A stretch of 60,566 nucleotides of DNA, counting the filler, from Basidiobolus ranarum (Eukaryota): NCBI GenBank assembly GCA_040143965.1. It is 15 parts of 15 records of this genome, joined end to end, with 100 filler letters (N's around TTAATTAATTAA, not from the genome) between each part and the next. Parts side by side here need not be neighbours in the genome. Positions count along the whole stretch, not along the records: positions 1 to 3,959 come from JASJQH010009070.1; positions 4,060 to 8,017 come from JASJQH010009071.1; positions 8,118 to 12,072 come from JASJQH010009072.1; 12 more parts are not named here. One strand, 5' to 3'. The position numbers and the translations under genes are program-made. The stretch's first letter is position 1. Each line of letters starts with the position of its first letter. The notes under the pieces were generated by a model, which worked only from the letters and a program-made list of their open reading frames with translations, made no database searches and was not told where the DNA came from. Of the stretch, positions 1 to 10,667 are shown piece by piece.

Positions 1-2
1 AG

Positions 3-440
3 TACGAAAGAGGTTGGTCTGGCAGACGTGGTCAGCAAAACTACCCTCGCTCCCGCTACGGTCGTCAATATGAAGATGAGCAGGATAATGAGTACGAAAG
101 AGGTTGGTCTGGCAGACGTGGCCAACAAAACTTCCCTCGCTCCCGCTACGGTCGTCAATATGAAGAGGAGCAGGATAATGAGTACGAAAGAGGTTGGTCT
201 GGCAGACGTGGCCAACAAAACTTCCCTCGTTCCCGCTACGGTCGTCAATACGATGATGAGGAGGAAGATAGTGAATACAAAAGAGGTTGGGCTGGTAGAC
301 GTGGCCAACAAAATTTCCCTCGCTCTCGTTATGGTCGTCAATATGAAGGTGAGCAGGATAATGAATATGAAAGAGGCTGGGCTGGTAGACGTGGTCAACA
401 AAACTACCCTCGCTCTAGCTATGGCCGTCAGTATGAATAA
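3..440 (+). CDS. 3' end of a tandem-repeat protein (about 5 x 30-aa unit YERGW[S/A]GRRGQQN[F/Y]PRSRYGRQYE.EQDNE); 5' part off-contig
   Basis: 90-bp repeat; the frame starting at 3 is open to TAA at 438-440. Differences between units are mostly synonymous or conservative in this frame (CAG/CAA, GGT/GGC, TAC/TAT, F/Y, D/E), unlike the ORF-track frame 28..462. Confidence 0.85.
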   Translation, partial: YERGWSGRRGQQNYPRSRYGRQYEDEQDNEYERGWSGRRGQQNFPRSRYGRQYEEEQDNEYERGWSGRRGQQNFPRSRYGRQYDDEEEDSEYKRGWAGRRGQQNFPRSRYGRQYEGEQDNEYERGWAGRRGQQNYPRSSYGRQYE

Positions 441-1248
441 GTTAACAATTGCAGTTGAATGAATTTGTAAACAAATCTGAAGTAAACTCCAATATTTGCC
501 AAACTTTTGAGTATCCGTTTAATTTGGATTTAGATATTTACTCTAAAATACTTGCTTTTCTTGATGTACAGTGATCCTAGTTAAGAATGGTTTGAAGTTG
601 CTGAATATCTATCTTTTTACACACACTATAATGAGAGCAAGCACTATCTGGTGAGCTCTCAATTTTTATTTTCTCGATAGTATTTGTGGACAAAGTTTGT
701 GTCTATAGGGAGGACACTATGCTATCATCTTAGTTATCTCTTTCTTTATACTCTAGACATTTTCGTATTTCAAATCAAAGTTAGTCAGAGATATATATCT
801 AAATATCTGATAGTGCAATATTACAACGTACCCTTGAGATATATATGCATTTTCTAGGACTTGGTAAAGTTGTACTAGTTACTTGAAAGTTGCTAAAGTA
901 GCCCCTGTATAGCTCAGCTTACTTCCATGAGTGCTTTGAACTCACCTTCTTTGTTTGTTTCGACTATTTCTTTGAAATAAATATATAGACACTTTATTTG
1001 TGATCAGTTAAATTCATATCTCACAGACAGGGCTTGTCTAAACTGTAGATGCTTTAGGTCCTAATTGATTCCTTCCTAATTTATTCCGACCATTCAGCAA
1101 CTTAGAACTACATATAAGTTATCGGTCCAATTGTAGAGATTGCAAAAAAGAAATGTTTACGTTATTTACTTGAGGGATGTGAATTATCGAAGCTGGATAT
1201 AACTGTAATGATTGAAGTGCGTGCGAATAATAGAAGCATAAATGGAAT

Positions 1249-1741
1249 TTATCCACATCCAGCACTGGTGCGGCGTGAGTATCCATTGTTTCGATGGAAG
1301 GTAGATAATAGAGTTTCGATAGCTCGTTTCTCTTGGTTAAATACTTTTACAGCCGCATCACAGGAGGAATAGCTCTCACTTCTGGGAATAAGAGTACATT
1401 TGCCTGCGCTTCCATTTAAAGCTTTAGCATTTCTGTTGAAAACAGCAGCGGTGGTAGAGATCAAAGCACAGGATTTCTCTGCACTAGTGCTACAAGAACC
1501 AGCACCCAACAGAGTTACAGCATTAGTACATGTAGCTGTATCCATGTCCCAACAAACGGCACGAATCTCTAGATTATCGTTATGAGATTCCAAAGAAAGA
1601 GGCCATACCAGTAGCGCCTCCAGTCTAGATACTAACTCCCGTTTGAGTAGCCATGAAGGCTTCGGCAAAGTAAGGCAAGCTTACTTGGACAGAAAAAGCC
1701 ATCGAGACAGACGAAGCGAAGAGAAGATATCTGAGAAACAT
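1249..1741 (-). CDS. Small secreted cysteine-rich protein, spliced (MFLRYLLFASSVSMAFSVQ | ...IRAVCWDMDTATCTNAVTLLGAGSC...)
   Basis: ATG at 1741 and a hydrophobic signal peptide, followed by a GTAAGC donor at 1684. Splicing (one intron, or two with a 16-nt micro-exon) rejoins the Cys-rich frame of ORF 1249..1668. Confidence 0.7.
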
Positions 1742-3194
1742 TATTGTGATAGGGATTAGTATCATTGAGCTGGCTTCTCTTTTATGGATTGCAGCTTTCA
1801 ATGGGCGGCCCCTAATTCGGAAATACTAACAAGTCATGTATTTTCCTCTGGTAAGCAAATCTTTAATTTGTTGCACGTATTACATTTATTAAGTTGAAGT
1901 TGAATCAATCATTTCTTTCCTCTATGCACATTATCTGCCATGATCCAATACCATTTTATATGACGCAAATTTTTATGAACATTGTCCAATACGAGTGAGT
2001 ACGATAGCTACTCCTTCTCTGTAGAGTAAACTATCACAGTAATGAAGTCGAGGCTGCACCTAGACAGGATTGTTATACACAATATGCGCCCTAGTGGTAT
2101 TACTTGGCTCCTCACCTGATTTGTCCACTTGAGAATTTTAGAGTTGATGAGTTTGTTATTGTTAATACAATGAATCAATATATCCAGAGGACGCTATTCC
2201 ATTTATGAAAAATTGAAAAATTTTGGAGTTCATATTCTGTAACTGGATTCACATCACGTCTTTAGTGTACGATTGAATTTCCTGTAATGCTTAAATTCAA
2301 GCGATTAGTAGAACATCCTGAGTTATCCTTGGTTATCAGCGACAGTCTTGATACTTTTTCTTTAGAATACTCCAGTTCATGCATTTAAAATCCTGGTTAG
2401 CAGTTATTCCCAACGATGGTTATCTATAAAAGTAGCAGTCAATATTGTCTGTTTCGTCGACTAATGTAGTAAGTAATACATGAGTTTTTGCTCGTAATAG
2501 AGAGGAAGTCTGCACAAGCTCAGCTCAGTATCTAATTAAACATCCCAATCTCGAGCGTGCAAACAATCTTAATCAGCTGTTACCCATGTTGTAACTCACA
2601 AAGTGACTAATAGACACACTGCCTACTACAACCTTGCAGGCTATACAAAGATGGCAATCATTAGTAAAAAGTGAACAGTGTTAAGCAAGAATTCTTAGAA
2701 TGTGCTGAAAACCTTTTTTAGATCTCATAATATGCAATTCATGATATGTGGTATAACACTTTGCAAAACATTACATACGATCACCTGTAACAATAAAGAG
2801 AGCCAAATATTATTAAAAAAACGTGAGCTCGATATCTATTCACTTATTTGCTTTGAGGGTTTAGTTTCAAAGAAAATCCAACTATTTGTATTCTGCACGG
2901 AGAAAGTCTAGTCTTGGCACATGTGCATACCAATTACACTACTATATCGTCTAATATAAACCAATGATGCGGGTATATCGTCTCTCTCACAGCCGATTAA
3001 CGAGTTCATCTTATGTGAGTAAAATTTTGATAGTGAAGTAGCGCCACAGCAGTTGAAATATAAACACAAACACACAATAGTAATCCAGATTTATTTATTT
3101 CATCATTGAACATGTATTCCAGTAGAGTACCGAGAAATAATTGTAGTACAGGTGGGATGCCACTATTAGCCATTTAGCGCTGTTACAGGCTTGC

Positions 3195-3476
3195 TTAGTC
3201 TTTGCATCGAATGCTTCGGAATGCTTTGTTAGTTTGGTAGGAGCTTTTGATGTTGCCATGGATTAATGCGCCTGCACAACCAATTACAGTGTAAATCGCA
3301 CAACTACCACTGTGAACTTTGATGGATTGTCTTGGAGTGACATGAATACATCTTGTGTCAGTGATGGCAGCATTGTTTCCAGAGAAGTTATAACCATCAT
3401 AAATGGTGGCATAGGTCTTCGAGTAGGCAACTTGAACTAGAGCGAGCAAGACAGGAGCGGCAAGAAGGAATTTCAT
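3195..3476 (-). CDS. 93-aa secreted protein, beta/gamma-crystallin (Greek-key)-like, 4 Cys
   Basis: Signal peptide MKFLLAAPVLLALVQVAYS. Paired motifs IYDGYNFSG...SIKV and IYTVIGCAG...SIRC resemble the Y-x4-F-x-G...S-I-[KR] Greek-key signature. Confidence 0.8.
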   Translation of the reverse strand: MKFLLAAPVLLALVQVAYSKTYATIYDGYNFSGNNAAITDTRCIHVTPRQSIKVHSGSCAIYTVIGCAGALIHGNIKSSYQTNKAFRSIRCKD

Positions 3477-3549
3477 TGTCTTGGAAATGGAAGTGGAAGT
3501 GATTACAGACTGAGCAGATCCTGTTGTCAGTAGAGAATAAATTTTGACT

Positions 3550-3558
3550 ATTTATATA
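3550..3558 (-). promoter_or_regulatory. Probable TATA box of the 93-aa secreted protein gene
   Basis: TATATAAAT on the minus strand about 75 bp upstream of the ATG at 3476. Confidence 0.5.
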
Positions 3559-5094
3559 GTAGCATATCTGGCTGATAACACCACTGTACACCGGTATAAG
3601 ATAGAGATGGGCACCAAGGCAACCAATAAATCTGAATTAGTGTTCGTTGGGAATTATGGGGAAGAGATTTACTTGTAAAAGTAGTCATCATGTAGATCAC
3701 ACCGCCCGCCCTGTGGCTGGTCACTGCACCAGGTAGTATTATGACGTTCCCTCATATATACCTGTTTGTCAATCTCTGCTCCTTCCCATAGCTATCACGT
3801 ATGCCACTCCGTCAGTAAACACGTTGTCTATTGACCTTGTGCCTAACAAAAAGCTGGATATTCCGTAATTTTCAAACTCGTTACACAAAAAAGCTTAATG
3901 AATTTGAAAATCTGGAAATAGCCAGCTTTTTGGTGGCCATATGATCATTAAACACCATANNNNNNNNNNNNNNNNNNNNNNNNNNNNNNNNNNNNNNNNN
4001 NNNTTAATTAATTAANNNNNNNNNNNNNNNNNNNNNNNNNNNNNNNNNNNNNNNNNNNNGAATATATCGGAGTTACTCATTTTGAAAGTGATCGAACCTA
4101 CTAGCTAGACAAACCCAGAATTTCGGTATGAAACATAATTTCAGAGGCCTAAATTGAGTCGGTGTATGCATCTAGTTACTATAATTAAGTCAAGTGATGA
4201 ATAATCTTTATATGGTAAATGTAAATGAATACATATTGGCTAGCGTTAATTTCAGTGTATCAGAGAAAATTTGAATATTGATGTATTCTGTCCATGGTAG
4301 CAAGCATTTATAGATTGACACATAGATGAATCCTGTCCGTGGTCCACAATTCTTGTAAATAAGCTGGAACAGGCGTGTTATAAGGGGCATATAAATTTGA
4401 ATTTACGCCTGTTGTAACAAACTCTGGCTAATTTTACTGGGTATTTGCACTCTATTGTATTTAACAAGTTGCTCTATCAAACTAGGCCTTGAATGGTGTC
4501 AGACAGTTGTCATTAATCAGTGGGGACTCAGTTCCATAGCTTGAAATCTTTCACATGATTTTCCCAATTCATTGGAAGTCATTGAATTTATTGAAACGGC
4601 TGAGAGTAAAAAGCAAAACGATAAATGCTGTCTCTACAATTATCCATGTATACGGTATGGATATTTTCTTATCAGCTAGCAGGTTCTGTCAAGCAACCTG
4701 ACCCTTATAAAGATTACTCATAAGCAAGAAAAGAAAGGATGTATATGTCACTTCGTACATATGAGCATGAAAAGTATAATAACTGGTGGAAGTGTGGCTA
4801 GATTAAAATACAGCAAAGCTCATTCTCCCTTACAAAAAAGAAAAAATAGTTAGTATTTTCATGGTCTGCATATTCTCCTTTGTGGTTGTAATTTCCACCA
4901 CAAAATGAAAGGAGCACTGATATCAATAATGTGTTTGCTTGCTAGTGTTACTATCCGCCACTTCTTTATCGATTAAGCTGTTTACTTTTAGACTACAATT
5001 TTCAAATATTGAATAGATTGATATTTATTTAGATAGCTTCAATTTAATTGATTTATTCTTCATTGACTGGTGTCAATAATGGTTAACTTCATAA

Positions 5095-7227
5095 TCATGC
5101 ATTTGGATCATCAACTAGTAATATACCTTCATTACTGTTTTCGAATTCCTCTTCAGTCTCATCCTTAGTCTCTAAGTTTGAGTCATTATCCATTGCTTTT
5201 TGTTCATTCTCCTCTGAACAACAATCATAAGTTTCATCTCCCTCGGATCCAGACAAAAAACTACTCTCATGTGAGGCTTCTCCGTATTTTTCATCGTCTC
5301 TAGGCATGGCTCTGTCATTAATATCAGTCTTCCAATGCTGCTCATGACTAGGGGGAAATTCTTCTTCAGATCCAGGATCGTGGTGTCCACTTCCTGGTTT
5401 AGGTGGAGATATGTCTTCATGCTCGGTATCTTCATGTCTTCTCCTATGTCTGCATGTGGGTCTGTCCTCATGTCCAGCACCCCAGTGTTTTGCCCCGTAT
5501 CTGGATGAATATCTATTTTCAGGTTCAGTACCTTGATGTCTTCTTCCGTGTCTGCATGAGATTCTGTCATTACGTTCGCCATCTTGATATTTTCTCTCAT
5601 ATCTGCATGAGAACTTCCCTTTAGGACCAGTACCCCGATGCTCTCTTCCGTATCTAGGGGAAAATCTTCCTTCAGGTTCAGTGTCTTGATGTCTTCTCCC
5701 ATGTCTGCATGGGAATCTCTCTTCATGTCTTCCCTCTAGTTCAGTGTCCCAGTGCTTTCTCCCGTGCCTGGGTGGGGACCTGTCTTCAGGTCCAGAACCT
5801 TGATGTCTTCTCCCATATCTAGGGGCAAATCCGCTATCAGGTTCAATATCGTGGTGTCTTCTCCCGTGACTGTATGGGGGTCTGTCATTAGGTTCACTAT
5901 CCCAATGCTTCCTCCCATGTCTGCATGAGAATTTCCCTTCAGAACGATGACCCCAATGTCCTCTCCCATATCTAGAGGTAAATCTATCTTCAGGCTCCGT
6001 ATCTTTGTGTCTTCTTCCGTGCTTGCATGGGGAGTTGTCTCTAGGTCCAGTATCTCGGTGTCTTCTTCCATGTCTGCATGGAGATTTCTCTTCAGACTTG
6101 CCTCTTGGTCCAGGACCTCGATGTCTTCTCCCGTGTCTTGGTGGGTATCTGTCTTCAGGTCCAGGACCTCGATGTCCTCTCCCATGTCTGTGTGGGGACC
6201 TGTCTTCAGGTCTACGATCTCGATGCCTTCTCCCATATCTAGGGGCAAATTTATCTTCAGGCTCAGTATTTTGATGTCTTCTCTCGTGTCTGCTTGGGGA
6301 TCTCTCTTCACGTTTGTCCTCTAGTCCAGTGTCCCAGCGTCTTCTCCCGTGTCTTGGTGGGGACCTGTCTTCAGGTCCAGGACCTCAATGTCTTCTCCCA
6401 TGTCTGCATGGTGGTCTGTTGTTAGGTTCAGTGTCCTGGTGTTTCATCCCATATCTGCATGAGGAACTATCGTTACCTTGATTTTCCAGTTCAGCGTCCT
6501 GATGCCTTCTGTCGGGTCTGCATGGTGATCTATCTTCAGACTCAATATTATGGTGTCTATGCCCATATCTAGGTGAGGATCTATCCTCCTCCCAATGTTT
6601 CCTATGTCTAGCAGAGAATCCATGTGAAGGAATTTTATCCTCAAATTTCCTACACCAATGGCTCTCAGGTCTCCTTTGGAATCTTTCATCGTATCCAATA
6701 TGGCACTCTCGCCAGTGATTCCAGGGAAACATGTCTCCTGGTTCACGACCCCAACATCCTTTTCCACGTCGGCACAAAAATGCATCAGCCATATCACTCC
6801 AATGTCTGTCACATCCCCTAGGCCAGTTACCAGGTCTAAGGTCCCAACATTTTTTTTCATCACTATGTGGGAGGTCGTTTCCTGATCTAGAAGCCCAGCA
6901 AGAACCGCATCTTCTAGATTGTGGACTACTCAAAGGCTCATTCTGCGAGGGTTTTTTTACACATTTTGGTGGGGATCTATCCCGAGATTTACTATGACAA
7001 CGGTCATCATCACAACAAGGAAGCAACTTGTTTTCATGAACACTCTTGTTGCGCCTGCAACTACAAGCAGGTTGAGAAATGTCAACAAATCTTGACGAAA
7101 CTAGAGCATGGCATTTTTCACATGAAATGCAACTGATTAAGCTCTTATCAGGTGATGATTTAGGAATAGGTGTTTCAACAGGTTCTTCACAACCTGGCAT
7201 ACAATATACTGCACATTTTGAAGACAT
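5095..7227 (-). CDS. 710-codon protein: Cys-rich N-terminus, about 24 x 17-aa (some 21-aa) His/Arg repeats, acidic tail; interrupted by one in-frame TGA at 6385-6387 (possible pseudogene or null allele)
   Basis: ORFs 6385..7227 and 5095..5307 are in the same frame. The 359 codons between them have no stop and read RSPPRHGRRRWDTGLED...RFPCRHGRRHQDTEPEG... Confidence 0.8.
5315..6585 (-). repeat. Coding minisatellite, 51-bp unit with periodic 63-bp variants
   Basis: Recurring GTCTTCTCCC(A/G)TGTCT...AGGTTCAG motif on the + strand about every 51 bp. Confidence 0.9.
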
Positions 7228-9749
7228 TACTTAGCTTGTAGTTAGGATGTGAGAATCCCACTTCGTTATATACCTTGAAAATTCATTAAAATTTATTCTC
7301 ACGTAAGCTGCCAAGCAATTGTGTTTCTGCAATGGGTCTGACTCGATCTCCGGAGTCCTCAATCCATTCTCCGCAGACACGAAACTGCAATCTGATATTG
7401 ATGTGAACGTAACTTGCATAGTTAAATAGGAACTGTGATAATGTCATCAGTGACACGTATGAACAATTACCAATCAGTAAAAAGCAATACTGTCTATAAA
7501 TAAATCTTCATGAAAATCTATAAATATTTCGATATGATGACCAGTATTTCCTTACGTGAATATGTACATGATGGAATAGAGTATTCTGATCCTATCCTCA
7601 AAAGGTAATCTATTTGGATTGACGTTAACTAAACATGGTTTGCCATCTGAAGTTTTAACTAAATTCAATACTGGAATATTTTATTGCGAGTAATATTATC
7701 ACAAATATATAGAATATGAGGATAAAATTCAACAATGAAAATAATCAGATATTGTCAAATATGCAACCTTCAATAACTTTCCCAACACCTTCATAAAACA
7801 ATGAGAATCTAAAGTTCCTTACTCACACTGTAAAGTTGAGTATCTTAAGTTCGATTTTCTCATTGCAAAAATTGTATTGAACTATAGCTTGATCAAAATT
7901 GATGGCGATTAATATGCCTTAAAATTAAACCCATCAAAGAAGGATTTTCATGGTGAGTGTCAATGAGTTAAGCTGAGGATTCCTCCCTTTCAGAATATAA
8001 ATGTAAAATCGTAAGGTNNNNNNNNNNNNNNNNNNNNNNNNNNNNNNNNNNNNNNNNNNNNTTAATTAATTAANNNNNNNNNNNNNNNNNNNNNNNNNNN
8101 NNNNNNNNNNNNNNNNNCCCCAAAATCCATTTCTACATATTGATGGAGGTGGAGCTACAGGAAATCCCACTCGAGTCTGCTCAAACACACCCAACTACTC
8201 AGCCGAGGAACCAGCTTTATCGGTCTTGAAGCAAGTACCCTGGTTTCAGAAGCTATGTTGCCTATAGCTGTGTTTTAGACTTTATTTGATGAAGAGAGTA
8301 AGCACACTACCGGCTCATTTCCCCAAATATAGGCAATTATCAAAAGCTAACTAGCATATTAACGTTTAAGCTACGTCTGGTTAGCCGCGCCTTACAAAAA
8401 AAGGGATTTCTCTGCTTCATGAGACAATCAGGTTATCTGCCCCAGTCTGTCTCTTTTTAATAAGTGTGTAGAGTGATTCCACCACCTTAGGTGACATAGT
8501 TACCAGAGGTTAATCTACTTTTGTTCTCTCTAAACTTTAAGCAATTGGAGAACTCGGATTCCTGCACGATGACAGCATACTTTCCTCATTACGAGACCCA
8601 TGCTCATACCCTTGCCAGACCATCCTGCAGAGATCTCAATCTTGTACGGCTGATTAGTTCACCTTTGATATAGATCAATGAATACGCTTATATATAGATT
8701 ACCAATATGGTTACATCTAGTGGTTGATTCATGAAATTGGTTTGAGCTCAAAGATCCACGTGAAATCCCAACCTAAGCCAATATCCAAGTTTAAGTTTTG
8801 AAACTGGAAATCAATTCACTATTCTCAACACGGGATACTTCTTCTCTTTTAAGAGTTCGACAACGTGTTACCCAAACCTTCATCTTAATGTTTCACCAAA
8901 CAGAGGTGCAGTATGCATAAGGTAAACATCTATTAAATGTCACTCCATACATTACTCCCCATACAAGCTTCATAGTTTCAATGAGTTGGATGTTGTACAC
9001 AAGATACCGCCTTGGAGATATTGGTTGTCTGGAGGAAGTTTCGTGAATTTACCGGAATTAATGTGGAACTTGGCTAAATGAACTCATCTAGATTTCTAAT
9101 TCTCTATCATAAACGTCTAAACATGGCGGGTTTTTCCTTGGTTTAAAGCAGCTCAAGTTTCACACAAAATCAGTTCATTTCAAATGAATGTTGTTGGAAT
9201 ATCACTATTAGGTTCGAAACGAATGCTCACTGATAATTTATAGATTTGCAAGTGGATTATATTTTAACAAAGGTTGGAATCGCAACATCGACAAAAAGGA
9301 TATGCATATAATAACTATCTATAACACGAAGAATTATAAGATAAAGAGCGCGCTATGAATGTGACTTTAAGAAGTGGAGTAACATGGAGTCAGTCGCAAA
9401 ATATTTCTCACGAAAACACTTACTACGCTATTCAAAAAAATTGGTAAATTACACATAAATTACAGTGGAGAGTTAGGGTAGTGCGATAGTACTAGCAGTT
9501 GAAGCAAAAGTTAGCCCCCTATGTGCCTTAATGGAGCACTCAAATCAATTTCACACTAAAATATTCAGGTGTGTGGGCCGTTCCTCTACTCGAACCTCTT
9601 CTACCCCAACCTCAAATGGTGTGCATAGATACTTGGGAGTATCGCATATGGATGATGAATGTTGATAAGGGGGATGGAACGAAGACTATGTGCTCAAGAA
9701 TGCAAGTAGCTGAGTCAGATACTCCCTATTATGAGAGTCCCAGATTTGC

Positions 9750-10667
9750 TTAGCATTTGTGTTCCAGAGAGTAATGTCTACGCAACGCATCCGTCCTAGA
9801 AAAGCTACGCTGGCACATGTTGCACTTGTAGGGCCTTTCCCCTGTGTGTAAACGAATATGACGTTGAAGATCGTGCTTCCGTTTGAAACTCCTGGAGCAA
9901 TAAGGACATGTATTGTTGGTATCTCCCGGGGTTTTTTCTACCTTGATAACTCGTTGACAGGAGGTCATCGAGCTAATATGGGCCTTAGGCTCACTTACAG
10001 GCATAACCGTCTCGAGCGCAGTATATTGCTCGATTTCCGGTTCGATAGGGATACTTAATACTGCAGTCGCCTTCGGGGTGCAATGAACAAACCGGAAATT
10101 TTGACTGGATAGATGTCGAGGACGCTTCCGCATGTGCTCTTCACTCAAAGCCAGCGTCTCATCCAAGTCTTTTAGAGATGGGATTCTGATGTCCTTCAGA
10201 GACTCAGCGTCCTCAGGGGCATCATGTAAACGACATAGTGGCGCATTATTAAAAGTCACATTCTCAGACTTGAATCTCTCTATATCCGATATAGGTGGAA
10301 GGGTAAAGGACCCATGAGAGGACCTTCTTTTGTTTGATATGTGGTTATCGGTCGAATCATTGGGTGAATTTTCAAATGAAAAGGAATCGCTAACAGGCGA
10401 AGATAAAGGAGATAATGAGAAAGAAGAACGACCAGGCGATATTGGAACACAGTGGTCATGGGTTGGTGAATCTCGACAACCAGAATCGGATTTTTGAACA
10501 GCAACAGGATATGGTGCATCAAAAACACGAGCCTCTGGGGGGCAAGTACGTGGGAGAGGGAGTGTGATGGGTGAAGAAGAATTATTTGGATCAGAAAGAA
10601 GACGCATCTCGTTGTGTGTGATATTGGAACGGCTAGGCAGATGCAAATCGCTTGTTGAAAGCATCAT
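9750..10667 (-). CDS. C2H2 zinc-finger transcription factor (two C-terminal fingers)
   Basis: CPYC...HIRLH-TGERPY-KCNMC...HYSLEH with the canonical linker; Ser/Pro-rich N-terminus; single 305-aa ORF. Confidence 0.93.
   Translation of the reverse strand: MMLSTSDLHLPSRSNITHNEMRLLSDPNNSSSPITLPLPRTCPPEARVFDAPYPVAVQKSDSGCRDSPTHDHCVPISPGRSSFSLSPLSSPVSDSFSFENSPNDSTDNHISNKRRSSHGSFTLPPISDIERFKSENVTFNNAPLCRLHDAPEDAESLKDIRIPSLKDLDETLALSEEHMRKRPRHLSSQNFRFVHCTPKATAVLSIPIEPEIEQYTALETVMPVSEPKAHISSMTSCQRVIKVEKTPGDTNNTCPYCSRSFKRKHDLQRHIRLHTGERPYKCNMCQRSFSRTDALRRHYSLEHKC

Noticed and set aside
28-462. ORF MVSKTTLAPAT... (144 aa)
   Set aside because: Shadow frame of the repeat; the synonymous-change pattern supports frame 3..440.
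6385-6387. In-frame TGA as selenocysteine
   Set aside because: Homologous positions in sister repeats are CGA (Arg), not Cys, and I identified no SECIS.
5172-6863. ORFs 5172..5726, 5736..6311, 6444..6863 (-) and 5947..6324, 6005..6274 (+)
   Set aside because: Alternative-frame and antisense shadows of the 51-bp coding repeat.
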